Of a DNA stretch of 64,000 bases, positions 1 to 10,539 are shown piece after piece. The notes below the pieces were generated by a model. The model did not search any database. It worked only from the letters and a program-made list of their open reading frames with translations, and was not told the DNA's origin. A program made the position numbers and the translations under genes. How positions within the stretch are numbered: the first letter of the stretch is position 1; each line of letters opens with the position of its first letter. Origin of the DNA: Bacteroidota bacterium (GTDB lineage: Bacteria > Bacteroidota > Bacteroidia > Bacteroidales > FEN-979); NCBI GenBank assembly GCA_037138335.1, contig JBAXIO010000009.1, positions 110,262 through 174,261 of the forward strand, read 5' to 3'.

Positions 1-2082
1 CTGCCTGAGTTCTTCCTTCTGATGGGCCATTTCGTTTGCCTGTTCCTGGGTCTTCTTAAGCAACTGCTCCACCCGCTCCCTTGAACGTGCCGTATTTAAT
101 GCAACAGCAATATTCTCAAGAGAGGTATCGAGGAACTTTTGTTTTTGCTCGTCAAACGGTCGGAAAGAACCTAGTTCAATCACCCCTGAAAGCACGTTTT
201 CAAACACTATCGGGGCCAGGATGAAATACTGGGGATGCACATTCTCATGGCCGATATTCACTGCTGGCAATGTTTCAGATGAAGAATAGAAAGTCATCTT
301 TTTACGTTCCTTGCCAACCTGTCCTACCAGTCCCTCACCCATAGCCAGGGGTTTTGTCGATACAAGGTCCCCCGAATACGCATAGGCGGCCGAGAGGTGC
401 AGCAGATGGTCGTCTTCATGGGTATATAACAAACCGATCTGGGCATCAAGGTAATGGGAAAGGAAAGAAATAAGCTCCTCGCATAATTCCTTTATCTTTT
501 TTTCGCCGGATATCTTTATCCCAAGCTCATTCAGTCCTGTCTTAAGCCAGTCCTGGTAAGAAATCTCGATATGAGCCTCCCTCAGCTTGTTGGTCATTTC
601 ATATAAAGCGATCCCGAGAGTGTCGCTGTCGCTCCTGGGAACTATGTTTGAAGAATAATCCCCGCTGGCGATAGCCCTGGCCTGCTTCACGACATTCTTG
701 AAACTCTCGACCATCTGGTTCATCGACTTGCCCAGGATATCCTCTTCACTGCGTACCCTTACCGATTTGCTGTAATCGCCAAGCGCTACAGCCTGGCTCA
801 CATCAGCCATCGATTTAAGCGAGATGACAAGACGTATAAACTCATCCTTCATCTCTCCAACTTCGTCTTTTGAAACTTTTACATCACGGATGATGAGCTG
901 CCCGCTGCCAACTTGTTTAGCCCATTCCGAAAGGACCTTCAGGGGCTTGACGAACCTTCTTGTAACCAGTATTGAAAGGATGAAAACAACAAGAGTTGTA
1001 ATGATAAGGGATATTTTTGCAAATGACGACAGCTCCTGTGCAACAGCATGGGCTTCTCCCTGGTCAATCTCTTCCACCAGGGCCCAGTTTACACCTAGTT
1101 GTTCAATAACATCGAGATTACGGTAAATCCCGATCACTATTTTACCCTGGCTGGTAGGGTAAATGGAAACCTCTTCACGTATCGGGTCACCGTCGGGTTT
1201 CAGGATCAGGTTATTGGCTTTATATTCCTGCCATATCCTGGTCCTTTCATTGATCTCGGGTGTATTAAGGATAGGGCTCTTGCCGCTGATATTGCTGTTT
1301 GAGCGCATGATCAGGTCGATGCCGACAATATAAACATGGCCTGATGCACCGAAGCCAACACCATATTGAATGATCTTGTCTATCTTTTCAGTGGAGATCT
1401 GGAGTGAAAGTACACCTATCTTGGTCCCGTTACCATCTGTTACAGGGCAACCCAGGAATCCATAGGCCTCATGGTTGCCGGGGGGATAGAACTCAAGGTC
1501 GGAAAACATGGGCTTCCCCTCGGTGATAACCTTTTTAGTCATCCTGGCGAACCGGGTCACTGAAAGTTCCGAATTGAAAAGATTTTTCCCGAAATCAGAA
1601 CTTTTGTTCAGTTCAAATACGAGATTCCCCTTTAAATCGGTGAAATAGATGTTATGAATGCCGTCGGGGATCCAGCTTCTCTGTATCTCGAATCTCAGGT
1701 TGTCGGCAAATTCCTGGTACTTGCTTTTTCCTCCCTGGGTATTTTTTACCCCGTTCTCACTGCCATATTCGGTAAGATGTTCGAAAAAATAAATGTGATT
1801 CTTATCCCTTGCCATCTCTCCCAGGTAAGTGTCCAAATCGGTAAAATAGGTGTTGAGATAATTGATCCGGAGCTGGGAGGTGGTGAACAGGGCTTTTTTT
1901 GCCATAATGCTCAACCCCATGTAATAATTCCGGAAGTTGATGTAGCTTAGTGTCGCAAGGGGAATCAGCGAAATGGCCAGAAAGTAAAGGAGCATTGTTT
2001 TCCCTATGCCGATATTTTTCAGGGTGCGGTAATCAAATTCAAGGATTGAGCGTCTGATCCTGTTCCCAAAATTGTTGGTCAT
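1..2082 (-). CDS. Membrane sensor histidine kinase, N-terminal part (TM, Cache-like periplasmic domain, TM, HAMP repeats, GAF); runs off the window start
   Basis: Not in the ORF track because it is open at the edge. Manual translation from ATG 2082 is open to base 1: MTNNFGNRIRR...MLLYFLAISLIPLATLSY (TM1), ISLIITTLVVFILSILVTRRFVKPL (TM2/HAMP), ASGDYSSNIVPRSDSDTLG (HAMP), GEGLVGQVGKE...GVIELGSF (GAF), then a coiled coil typical of hybrid kinases. Confidence 0.85.
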   Translation of the reverse strand, partial: MTNNFGNRIRRSILEFDYRTLKNIGIGKTMLLYFLAISLIPLATLSYINFRNYYMGLSIMAKKALFTTSQLRINYLNTYFTDLDTYLGEMARDKNHIYFFEHLTEYGSENGVKNTQGGKSKYQEFADNLRFEIQRSWIPDGIHNIYFTDLKGNLVFELNKSSDFGKNLFNSELSVTRFARMTKKVITEGKPMFSDLEFYPPGNHEAYGFLGCPVTDGNGTKIGVLSLQISTEKIDKIIQYGVGFGASGHVYIVGIDLIMRSNSNISGKSPILNTPEINERTRIWQEYKANNLILKPDGDPIREEVSIYPTSQGKIVIGIYRNLDVIEQLGVNWALVEEIDQGEAHAVAQELSSFAKISLIITTLVVFILSILVTRRFVKPLKVLSEWAKQVGSGQLIIRDVKVSKDEVGEMKDEFIRLVISLKSMADVSQAVALGDYSKSVRVRSEEDILGKSMNQMVESFKNVVKQARAIASGDYSSNIVPRSDSDTLGIALYEMTNKLREAHIEISYQDWLKTGLNELGIKISGEKKIKELCEELISFLSHYLDAQIGLLYTHEDDHLLHLSAAYAYSGDLVSTKPLAMGEGLVGQVGKERKKMTFYSSSETLPAVNIGHENVHPQYFILAPIVFENVLSGVIELGSFRPFDEQKQKFLDTSLENIAVALNTARSRERVEQLLKKTQEQANEMAHQKEELRQ

Positions 2083-2095
2083 AATCCTTTGGATT

Positions 2096-4123
2096 TCACT
2101 TTGAATAATATTTCTCTATTGTCTGGAAAACTTCCTGAGGGTTAATAGGTTTGGAAATATAGTCGTTCATGCCGGCGGCAATGCACTTCTCTTTGTCGCC
2201 TTTCATGGCATTTGCCGTCAGGGCTATTATCGGGGTCTCATTGTTTTTGCCGTCGGCATCCTGCCGTATCAGGCGGGTTGATTCAATCCCGTCCATTTCA
2301 GGCATCATGACATCCATGAGGATGATATCGAAAGCTGTTTCATGTGCCTTATGCATGGCTTCAAGGCCGTTGGAAGCGGTAGTCACATGCCAGCCCCTTT
2401 TCCCAAGCAGTTGCACTATGATCCTCTGGTTGATAGGCTGGTCTTCGGCTACAAGAATATTAAGTTCAGGGCCTGATTTACTGATTTCCAGGATACGGGA
2501 ATCAGAGCTTTTCTGGTTGGCTTCAAGCTTGAAGATCCTCTGTATCATATTCAGCAGTTCGAGCTGGAGAACCGGTTTGAACAGGTAATTATTGAGCCCT
2601 TCAGAAGCAAGTTTACGGGTAGCCTGTACCGATTTGTTGCTGAGCAATACCACTATTTCCGGTTTTTGTTTGGCCGGCGCAGCCTCCAGCAGTTTATGGC
2701 GTTGTGCCTCGGTTTGGCTGTTCTGAAGCAAAGAGTCAATCAATACCAGGCTGACCGGGTCTTTGACGTCGGCATTCATCATCCTGAGGCATTCATCGGT
2801 TGAGGATGTTATTACCGGTTTAAAGCCCAGGTCGATAAGGAATTCGGCGGTTTGCCGGGCATGACCTGGTTCTGCATCAGCAATGATCACCCTGCTTCCT
2901 TTAAGTTTATCGGGAAGGTCGAGCTTCAGTGCAGGATCGGAAGGATTCGGGCTGAACAGTGTCAGCGTAAATTGGAAAGTGCTGCCGCTGCCTACCTTGC
3001 TGTTCACAATAACTTTTCCACCCATAAGTTCCACCAGTTTCTTGGAGATAGTAAGCCCGAGACCGGTTCCCCCGTATGTACGGGTTGTTGATTTATCAGC
3101 CTGGTGATAAGACTCAAACAATTTTTCAAGTTTGTCGGGAGGTATGCCGATACCGGTATCCTTTACTGAAAAATTCAGGACATAAGTATTTTCGAGATGT
3201 TCAGGGATTTCTACTTTAAGGCAGATATTCCCCTTTTCGGTGAATTTCAGTGCGTTGCCTATGAGATTTATCAGTACCTGGCGGATCCTTGTAGGGTCCC
3301 CAAGGAAAGTATCAGGCATCCCGGCAGGGTGTTCACAAAAAAATGCCAGGTTCTTCTGGTAGGTTTTTACCGAAAGCAGGTGGACCACCGATTCAAGAAG
3401 TTCCCTCAGGCTGAATTCTATGATCTCAATCTCGATCTTGTCGGCTTCAATCTTTGAAATATCGAGGATTTCGTTAATGATCTCAAGCAATGATTCCCCG
3501 CTCTGCCTTATATCTGAGAGCTGTTCTTTATAATGCTGGGTAAGGTCCTCGTCCATCAGCATCAGGTCGGTCATACCTATGATGCCGTTGAGAGGGGTCC
3601 TGATTTCATGGCTCATATTTGCCAGGAAAGAGCTTTTTGCCAGTGTCGCCACTTCCGCGGTTCGCTTTGCTTTGTCGAGTTCGGCAACCGTGTTCTGCAA
3701 TTCCACGGTGGCAATCTGCAGTGCATGCTTCTGTTTAAAGAAGTCGATATAGGCCCTGATCTTATTCTGAAGTATCTTCCGGTCAAGGGGCTTGTAAAGG
3801 TAATCCACGGCCCCCGTCTCATACCCCCTGAAGATCTGCTTGGGCTGGCGGTAAGTCGCCGTGATAAAAATAATCGGGATGCTCTTTGTTCGTTCGCTGC
3901 CCCTCATCAGTTCCGCTGTTTCGAAACCATCCATGCCGGGCATGTTGACATCGAGCAGGACCAGTGAAATTTCATGTTCTATCATTATGGCCAGCGCTTC
4001 ATTACCCGAAAGGGCCTTGATAATGTTGAGTTCCGGGCTGGTAATAATAGTTTCAAGAGTGATCAGGTTTTCTGTCCTGTCATCGACAATAAGGATGTTG
4101 AATTTTTCAGTGCTGCTTTCCAT
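2096..4123 (-). CDS. Soluble hybrid histidine kinase/response regulator (REC-HisKA-HATPase-REC-REC)
   Basis: N-terminal ILIVDD...[11 protein letters not shown] receiver; H-box [15 protein letters not shown]; [23 protein letters not shown]; C-terminal VAEDQPINQ...[10 protein letters not shown] receiver. Confidence 0.93.
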   Translation of the reverse strand: MESSTEKFNILIVDDRTENLITLETIITSPELNIIKALSGNEALAIMIEHEISLVLLDVNMPGMDGFETAELMRGSERTKSIPIIFITATYRQPKQIFRGYETGAVDYLYKPLDRKILQNKIRAYIDFFKQKHALQIATVELQNTVAELDKAKRTAEVATLAKSSFLANMSHEIRTPLNGIIGMTDLMLMDEDLTQHYKEQLSDIRQSGESLLEIINEILDISKIEADKIEIEIIEFSLRELLESVVHLLSVKTYQKNLAFFCEHPAGMPDTFLGDPTRIRQVLINLIGNALKFTEKGNICLKVEIPEHLENTYVLNFSVKDTGIGIPPDKLEKLFESYHQADKSTTRTYGGTGLGLTISKKLVELMGGKVIVNSKVGSGSTFQFTLTLFSPNPSDPALKLDLPDKLKGSRVIIADAEPGHARQTAEFLIDLGFKPVITSSTDECLRMMNADVKDPVSLVLIDSLLQNSQTEAQRHKLLEAAPAKQKPEIVVLLSNKSVQATRKLASEGLNNYLFKPVLQLELLNMIQRIFKLEANQKSSDSRILEISKSGPELNILVAEDQPINQRIIVQLLGKRGWHVTTASNGLEAMHKAHETAFDIILMDVMMPEMDGIESTRLIRQDADGKNNETPIIALTANAMKGDKEKCIAAGMNDYISKPINPQEVFQTIEKYYSK

Positions 4124-4146
4124 TTTGATCAGGGCGGTTATTACGA

Positions 4147-4191
4147 CAAAAATAGGATAATTTGGTGAAATTCAGAATTCCTTTATTTTTG
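4147..4191. promoter_or_regulatory. Divergent Bacteroidota primary-sigma promoters
   Basis: + strand TTTG (4161-4164), 19-nt spacer, TATTTTTG (4184-4191) before the MFS gene; - strand TATTTTTG (4147-4154) before the hybrid kinase. Matches the TTTG/TAnnTTTG consensus. Confidence 0.6.
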
Positions 4192-4209
4192 CCCTGAAAA
4201 TCTTCCTTC

Positions 4210-5556
4210 ATGACCCAAATTCCAAAAACTGCCCTTCTGGACGGCAATAAACGCCAGTACATTTTTTCTATCGTTATTATAGGCATCTTTTTCTTCATCT
4301 TCGGATTTGTTACATGGCTGAATTCAGTGCTGATCCCTTTTCTGAAAGTAGCCTGCGAGAAAAACAATTTTGAATCCTACTTTGTCACCTTCGCATTTTA
4401 TATCTCATATTTCGTTATGGCAATCCCTTCGGCTTACGTCCTTCGCAAAGTCGGATTCAGGAACGGAATGTCGCTTGGGCTCATCGTAATGGCCCTTGGC
4501 GCCCTGCTCTTCATCCCGGCAGCATATACCCGGATGTTCGGGCTCTTCCTCACCGGGCTCTTTGTGCAGGGAACAGGGCTGGCCATTCTGCAAACCGCAT
4601 CCAATCCATATGTCACGATTCTCGGGCCTATTGAAAGTGCGGCAAAACGGATCAGCATCATGGGGATCTGCAATAAGATCGCTGGGGTTGTCAGCCCGCT
4701 CATCCTTGGAGCTATCGTCCTGGCCGGGATGGACAAATTTGACAAAAAGTATTTAAGTTCGCTTGACGAGATACAGAGAAATATAACACTCAATGCCCTT
4801 GCCGGAAGGATCATCATACCTTATGTGGTTATGGCTGTGGTGCTGATCCTACTTGCAATCCTGCTGAGATATTCAAGCCTGCCCGATATCAATACCGATG
4901 AGGAAGAGGTGGAGGATAAAGAATCACGTCACACCAGGACAAGCGTTTTCGAGTTTCCCCAGCTCGTTCTCGGGGTGATCGCAATATTCCTTTACGTGGG
5001 GGTTGAAGTCATTGCTGTTGACACTATCATCAATTTCGGGAAATCCCAGGGGATAAGCTTCGAGCTTTCGAAGTATTTTGCATCGTATACCCTGGCAGCC
5101 ATGGTTATAGGTTATATCATAGGCATAATCACGATCCCGAAATATCTCAAACAAGAGTTTGTATTAGCAGTTTCTGCCTTATTCGGTATCATTTTTGTAA
5201 TCTGCTCCTTCCTGGCCACAAAGGCTCCGTACCAGTCCTCAATGCTTCTCAGTTTCGGTAATTTCTCGCTTTCTCTCCCCTTTGACCTGAGTGTTTTTTT
5301 CATAGCTTTGCTGGGCCTTGCAAACGCTATAATGTGGCCGGCTATATGGCCCCTTGCTATTGACGGGCTGGGGAAATTCACAAAAATCGGTTCGTCTCTG
5401 CTTATCATGGGTATAGCAGGGGGAGCTTTACTTCCCCTGGCTTACGGCAGGCTGGCCGACCTCTTCAGCCCCGTGACAGCATACTGGATCACGATACCAT
5501 GTTACGCGTATATCCTGTATTACGCCGTGAGGGGGCATAAAATAAGAAAATGGTAA
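4210..5556 (+). CDS. MFS glucose/galactose transporter (GluP/FucP family)
   Basis: About 12 hydrophobic segments; family motifs FFIFGFVTWLN, LQTASNPYVTILGP, FLYVGVEV, ANAIMWPAIWPLA, IMGIAGGALLP. Confidence 0.9.
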   Translation: MTQIPKTALLDGNKRQYIFSIVIIGIFFFIFGFVTWLNSVLIPFLKVACEKNNFESYFVTFAFYISYFVMAIPSAYVLRKVGFRNGMSLGLIVMALGALLFIPAAYTRMFGLFLTGLFVQGTGLAILQTASNPYVTILGPIESAAKRISIMGICNKIAGVVSPLILGAIVLAGMDKFDKKYLSSLDEIQRNITLNALAGRIIIPYVVMAVVLILLAILLRYSSLPDINTDEEEVEDKESRHTRTSVFEFPQLVLGVIAIFLYVGVEVIAVDTIINFGKSQGISFELSKYFASYTLAAMVIGYIIGIITIPKYLKQEFVLAVSALFGIIFVICSFLATKAPYQSSMLLSFGNFSLSLPFDLSVFFIALLGLANAIMWPAIWPLAIDGLGKFTKIGSSLLIMGIAGGALLPLAYGRLADLFSPVTAYWITIPCYAYILYYAVRGHKIRKW

Positions 5557-5568
5557 ATCCTAAATAAA

Positions 5569-6477
5569 ATGCAACCAACCTTACTGATCCTTGCTGCCGG
5601 TGTGGGCAGCCGTTACGGCGGACTGAAGCAGCTTGACCGCATCGGCCCTAACGGGGAAACACTGCTTGACTACTCGATATATGATGCCGTGAAATCAGGT
5701 TTCGGCAAAGTGGTCTTCGTTATCAAGGAAAGCCTTGAAGCAGGGTTCAAGGAGATGTTTATCAACAGGCTTCAGGATCATGTGGAGGTGGATTACGTTT
5801 TCCAGGAGATATGGATGGTTCCCGACGGTACGCTTATCACCGATGAGAGGCAGAAACCCTGGGGCACAGGTCATGCCGTTATGATGGCAGAGGGCCATAT
5901 TGACGGGCCTTTCGCTGTGATCAATTCAGATGATTTTTACGGGAGAAAGGCCTACGAGGCTGTTGCCGGATACTATAAAAACTGGACAACCGGGCGGGAA
6001 AACGACTACTGCATGGTTGGTTACCGCGTGGACCGGACCCTTTCAGATTTTGGTTCCGTTTCGAGGGGAATCTGCCAGGTGAACGGGAAGCAGGAGCTGA
6101 TAGATGTTGTAGAAAGAACGAGTATTGAAAAAACGGAAGGGGGTATTATTTACAGGGAAGGAGACCGTCAGGCAGTTATCATTCCCTCCGACTCAGTTGT
6201 TTCTATGAATTGCTGGGGGTTTACACCTTCGTTTTTCGGCCACCTGAAAACCGGATTTGAAATCTTTATAAGGGAAAACTATGAAAATCCCAAAGCCGAA
6301 TTCTATATTCCCTCCGTTGTAAATAAGCTCATCAAGTCGGGACAGGCTGGCGTTAAAGTGCTTTCCTGCGATGAACAATGGTTCGGAATGACCTACCAGG
6401 AAGACCGGACTTTTGTCGTCGACAGCATCAGGTCGCTCATCCGTGAAGGCGCTTATCCCCAAAAATTATGGGGATAA
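5569..6477 (+). CDS. Sugar-phosphate nucleotidyltransferase (NTP_transferase family)
   Basis: LILAAGVGSRYGGLKQ signature; KPWGTGHAV; VINSDDFYG; EFYIP; WFGMTY. Confidence 0.88.
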   Translation: MQPTLLILAAGVGSRYGGLKQLDRIGPNGETLLDYSIYDAVKSGFGKVVFVIKESLEAGFKEMFINRLQDHVEVDYVFQEIWMVPDGTLITDERQKPWGTGHAVMMAEGHIDGPFAVINSDDFYGRKAYEAVAGYYKNWTTGRENDYCMVGYRVDRTLSDFGSVSRGICQVNGKQELIDVVERTSIEKTEGGIIYREGDRQAVIIPSDSVVSMNCWGFTPSFFGHLKTGFEIFIRENYENPKAEFYIPSVVNKLIKSGQAGVKVLSCDEQWFGMTYQEDRTFVVDSIRSLIREGAYPQKLWG

Positions 6478-6521
6478 GCAATGGATACGGAAAAAAAGCG
6501 TTAATTTTGTTGTATAATTAA

Positions 6522-7229
6522 ATGAATATGACCCTACAGCGAAATTCCTTATTGGCAATCATTATCCTGGCTGCCTCAGTCCTGGTTCTTCCTATGACTG
6601 CCAAATCACAGATCCTCAATGAGAAAACTAAGAAAAAGATCCATGTGGGGCTCGGGATGTTTACCGATATTTACATGAATGTGCCCTCAGGTTTAAAAAC
6701 GCGCACCATCAACCAGGGATTTACTGCCCTTGTAGCCTACCGCGTTCCTTTCGGCAAAAGCAATTTCGGGTTCGGTATCGGTTTGCAGGTATCCATTCAT
6801 AACATGTACGGCAATTTCCTGTTCAAAAGCTATACCGACTCCACCACTATGACCAAGATCAATGACACGGTAGGTTATAAAAGGTCAAAACTGGTCATGC
6901 CATATATTGAATTGCCTATAGAGTTCCAGTTTGTGACCAAGTATAAATTTGCTGTTGGGCTGGGCTTCAAGGTCGGCTATATGCTGCCTGCCCATACAAA
7001 GTATGTAGGGGATGAGTACCAGGCCGATTTGCAGCCTGAAAGGGACCAGGTAAGGGTTAAATACCGTAACGTAAAGAACCTTGACAGGTTTGCTTACGGC
7101 CCCACTTTCCGAATTGGATATAAGTGGTTTAACCTTGTAGGGTATTACCAGCTTTCCACAATTTTCCAGAAAGGGAAAGGCCCCGATATCTATCCTATCA
7201 CGGTAGGGTTCATGATCAGGCCCTTTTAA
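6522..7229 (+). CDS. Outer-membrane beta-barrel (porin/PorT-like) protein
   Basis: Signal peptide, alternating beta-strand pattern, YIELPIEF motif, C-terminal Phe; TAATTTTG -7 box at 6502-6509. Confidence 0.7.
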   Translation: MNMTLQRNSLLAIIILAASVLVLPMTAKSQILNEKTKKKIHVGLGMFTDIYMNVPSGLKTRTINQGFTALVAYRVPFGKSNFGFGIGLQVSIHNMYGNFLFKSYTDSTTMTKINDTVGYKRSKLVMPYIELPIEFQFVTKYKFAVGLGFKVGYMLPAHTKYVGDEYQADLQPERDQVRVKYRNVKNLDRFAYGPTFRIGYKWFNLVGYYQLSTIFQKGKGPDIYPITVGFMIRPF

Positions 7230-7844
7230 TCAAAGCATCATAAGGAAAAACAGTGTGCCGGCACCAAGAATGAGCCCGGTATATACCTCCTTTGGTGAAT
7301 GGCTCCCATCGGCCAGCCTGGCATAACCAAGTAATCCGCAGAGAAGTAAAAGGCATGAAATAAGTATTTCATGAGGAGTCCCCTGTCTAATGCTGATGCC
7401 GATCCAAAAGCCTGTTACCCCGCCGATACCTGCCATATGCAGGCTGATTTTAAAAAAGAAATTTACGAACAGGCAGATAATAATTAGCAGGGTGGCGCCC
7501 AGCATGAAATAGCTGAATAATACCGACAGGCTGATACCTTTCAGCAGGTAATGTGTCAGATAGTAAAATACGCCGATTGAAAGAAGGGGCATGATCCTCT
7601 CCTCCCTTTTTTCCATTAATAATGATGAAAGGAGTTTCACCCTGAAGAGGAAAAAGATCATCAGAAAAGGACATACCACTGTTGTAAGTAAAACAGAGCC
7701 CATCAGGATCAGGATCTCTTTTAGCGGCAGCAGGCCCATAAAGAAAGAATGCGTCTGGAGCATCAGGATCAGGGTGAAGAATGGCATCAGTACCGGGTGA
7801 AACAGGCCGGAGATGATTCTTGCCAGGGAGTTACCGTTGTTCAT
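7230..7844 (-). CDS. PAP2-superfamily-like membrane protein
   Basis: Multiple TM helices; KISLHMAG and ARLADGSHSPKEVYTG resemble the PAP2 C2/C3 motifs; directly downstream of rpoN. Confidence 0.65.
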   Translation of the reverse strand: MNNGNSLARIISGLFHPVLMPFFTLILMLQTHSFFMGLLPLKEILILMGSVLLTTVVCPFLMIFFLFRVKLLSSLLMEKREERIMPLLSIGVFYYLTHYLLKGISLSVLFSYFMLGATLLIIICLFVNFFFKISLHMAGIGGVTGFWIGISIRQGTPHEILISCLLLLCGLLGYARLADGSHSPKEVYTGLILGAGTLFFLMML

Positions 7845-7856
7845 ATCATGGTTTGA

Positions 7857-9356
7857 TCAAAGTTCCTTCCTTAGCCTTGCAACGGGAATCCTGAGCTGTT
7901 TACGGTATTTGGCAATTGTACGGCGGGCGATATTATACCCTTTTTTCTGCAATATTTCCTCCAGTTCCTCATCGGTAAGAGGAGCCGATTTGTTCTCGCC
8001 TTCTATTGTGTCGTTTAATATTTTCTTGATCTCCCGGGTCGAAACCTCTTCACCCATTTGATTCTGTAATGATTCAGAGAAAAAGCTTTTCAGCAGGAAA
8101 GTACCGAATGGAGTCTGGACATATTTTGAATTCGCCACCCTGGAAACCGTACTGATGTCCAACCCGACTTTATTCGATATATCTTTAAGGATCATCGGCC
8201 TGAGCCTTGTCTCGTCGCCTGTCTGAAAATAATCTTTCTGATAGTCAAGTATGGCCTTCATGGTAACATAAAGCGTTTCCTGCCTCTGTTTGATCGCGTC
8301 GATGAAACCCCTTGCAGCATCGATCTTCTGTTTAATAAAGGTCAGGGCTGCTTTTTCGCTGCTGCTGATCTTCTTTTTTTTATGGTTATAATCCTGGAGC
8401 ATGCTTACATATTCCCTGTTGATCGACAGTTCGGGAGCATTCCTCGAATTAAGGTTCAGTTCGATTTCCCCTTCATTGATTGCGATTACGAAATCAGGCA
8501 CCACATACTGGCTGCTCCTGGCTTCTTCGCTTATGCTGAACCCGGGTTTGGGGTTCAGTTTGGTGATCTCTTCAATAGCTTCCTTTAATTCTTCCTCGGT
8601 GATATGGGCCTTTTGAAGTATTTTTTCATAATGTTTTTTCGAGAACTCGTCAAAATAATACCTGACGATCACTTCTGCAAGATCCGTTGCATAAGTCCTG
8701 TCGATCTTGTATTGAAGCTGCAGGAGCAGGCATTCCTGAAGTGTCCTTGCCGCAATACCGGGGGGGTCGAAACTTTGGATTAGTTTCAGGGCTTCCAGCA
8801 CCTCTGCTTCCGTGGCTTCGATATTCTGGTTAAAAGCAAGGTCGTTGATCAGGGCCGGGATTTCACGGGTGAGGTAACCGCTTTCATCAATGTTCCCTAT
8901 TATTGTTGAAGCTATAATGAACTCTTTATCGGGGATCTTCTGAACCCCCATCTGGGCCAGGAGGTACTCCTGGAAACTTACACCCGAGACAACAGGGGAT
9001 TCCCAGGCTTCGTCGTCGGGGCTGCGGTTGTTTGAAACTAATTTGTAATCGGGAATATCGTCCAGGTCGAGGTAGTCTTCATACGAAAATTCATTATCGG
9101 CTTTAAGCTCCGAATGATCGTCATCCTCATCGGCAAAGCTGTCTTCGTCACCATCAATGGAGTCTGGCGTTGTTTCATCGGTAATTTCATCGGGATCAGC
9201 CAAATCGGTTGTTTCCTCCAATGCGGGATTGTCCTCGATTTCCTGTTTTATCCTTTGTTCAAGTGAGAGCACGGGCTGTTGCAGCAAGCGCATCACCAAC
9301 ACCTGCTGGGGAGAGAGTTTCTGTAGTAATTTCTGTTGTTGTCGTTGATGAAGCAT
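7857..9356 (-). CDS. rpoN: RNA polymerase sigma-54 factor
   Basis: Gln/Leu-rich region I (QQQKLLQKLSPQQ), FDPPGIAARTLQECL, DISTVSRV helix-turn-helix, RpoN box ARRTIAKYR. ATG 9356 preferred, with TATTTTTG at 9361-9368. Confidence 0.97.
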   Translation of the reverse strand: MLHQRQQQKLLQKLSPQQVLVMRLLQQPVLSLEQRIKQEIEDNPALEETTDLADPDEITDETTPDSIDGDEDSFADEDDDHSELKADNEFSYEDYLDLDDIPDYKLVSNNRSPDDEAWESPVVSGVSFQEYLLAQMGVQKIPDKEFIIASTIIGNIDESGYLTREIPALINDLAFNQNIEATEAEVLEALKLIQSFDPPGIAARTLQECLLLQLQYKIDRTYATDLAEVIVRYYFDEFSKKHYEKILQKAHITEEELKEAIEEITKLNPKPGFSISEEARSSQYVVPDFVIAINEGEIELNLNSRNAPELSINREYVSMLQDYNHKKKKISSSEKAALTFIKQKIDAARGFIDAIKQRQETLYVTMKAILDYQKDYFQTGDETRLRPMILKDISNKVGLDISTVSRVANSKYVQTPFGTFLLKSFFSESLQNQMGEEVSTREIKKILNDTIEGENKSAPLTDEELEEILQKKGYNIARRTIAKYRKQLRIPVARLRKEL

Positions 9357-9403
9357 AGAACAAAAATACAAAAATAATATCCCCTTGTACAGAATGGATT
9401 CCT

Positions 9404-9437
9404 TATCGGCAAATTATCTGGCAATATCGACTAATTA
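9404..9437 (+). promoter_or_regulatory. Putative LytTR-type operator (direct repeat, 21-bp period)
   Basis: TATCGGCAAATTA (9404-9416) and TATCGACTAATTA (9425-9437), 11/13 identical, 21 bp apart, upstream of the LytS/LytTR-efflux operon. Confidence 0.5.
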
Positions 9438-9510
9438 AGCTTATCCGTCTAATATGCGAACCACCTCATATAGAATTGCCTAATTTCGTCCCGTCCAAAT
9501 AAAACCAATC

Positions 9511-10539
9511 ATGAATACCGAACGGCCTCCCTGGGTGACTTTCCTCATCAACTGCGTAATCTGGGTCTTTATTTTTTTCATTCCATTTCTTTTAATGGAA
9601 CCCAGGGGGGGAATACCTTCATATCTCCTGAGGGTAGGTGCCACCACGGTTCTGACTGTCATTGTTTACTATTTCAATTACCTCATCCTGATCCCGAAAT
9701 ACCTGTTTAAAAAGAAATTCCTGGCCTATATACTTGTTATACTGCTCACCCTTGTAATCTCCTGCATCCTAGTCGACCTGTATTATTATTTTGTTGTGTC
9801 GGTAGTCCAGAACTGGCACCACCGCCCCGAGCCGATTTTCAGCCGGGGCATGTGGGTGCCTTTGTTTCCACTGCTGACGGGGATTGCGATAGGGATCAGC
9901 ATCCGGCTGGCCAGGGAATGGGCGAGGGTTGAAAAGGAGCGCAGGGAACTTCAGGGAGAAAAGCTCCTTTCGGAACTGGCTTTTCTGAAATCCCAGGTTA
10001 ATCCGCATTTTCTTTTCAATACACTTAACAATATATGCGCCCTCGCAAGAAAAAAATCTGATGACACGGAACCTGCGATCATCAAACTTTCACAGATCAT
10101 GCGGTATATGATCACCGATTCCAGGCAGGACAAGGTAGGCCTGGAGGAGGAGGTTGAGTATCTTAATAATTTCATTGAACTTCAGAAAATCAGGCTAGCC
10201 GACAAGGTAAACATCCGATTTGATATTGAAGGCGACCTCTCGGCAATTCAGCTGGAGCCTTTGCTCCTGATACCGTTTGTGGAGAATGCATTTAAACACG
10301 GTGTAAGCTACAACGATAAGTCGAGTATCAATATAGAACTTAAAACGGTTTCAGGCGAGTTGTCATTCCTGGTTGAGAATTCCAAGCCAACAGTGAAAGA
10401 TACGTTAAAGCTCGACGAAGCGGGGATAGGACTGAAGAATGTGCGCCGCCGCCTGGAGTTGCTTTATCCCGGTAAACACCAACTGGAGATCCGGGATTCG
10501 GCATCAAATTATCTCATCATGTTAAAAATCAAAAAATAA
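9511..10539 (+). CDS. LytS/YehU-family sensor histidine kinase
   Basis: About 4 TM helices; ELAFLKSQVNPHFLFNTLNNI; LLIPFVENAFKHG; GIGLKNVRRRLELLYP. Confidence 0.93.
   Translation: MNTERPPWVTFLINCVIWVFIFFIPFLLMEPRGGIPSYLLRVGATTVLTVIVYYFNYLILIPKYLFKKKFLAYILVILLTLVISCILVDLYYYFVVSVVQNWHHRPEPIFSRGMWVPLFPLLTGIAIGISIRLAREWARVEKERRELQGEKLLSELAFLKSQVNPHFLFNTLNNICALARKKSDDTEPAIIKLSQIMRYMITDSRQDKVGLEEEVEYLNNFIELQKIRLADKVNIRFDIEGDLSAIQLEPLLLIPFVENAFKHGVSYNDKSSINIELKTVSGELSFLVENSKPTVKDTLKLDEAGIGLKNVRRRLELLYPGKHQLEIRDSASNYLIMLKIKK

Noticed and set aside
824-1950. Short + strand ORFs at 824, 1099 and 1654
   Set aside because: Antisense to the long sensor kinase frame on the - strand; no recognisable motifs.
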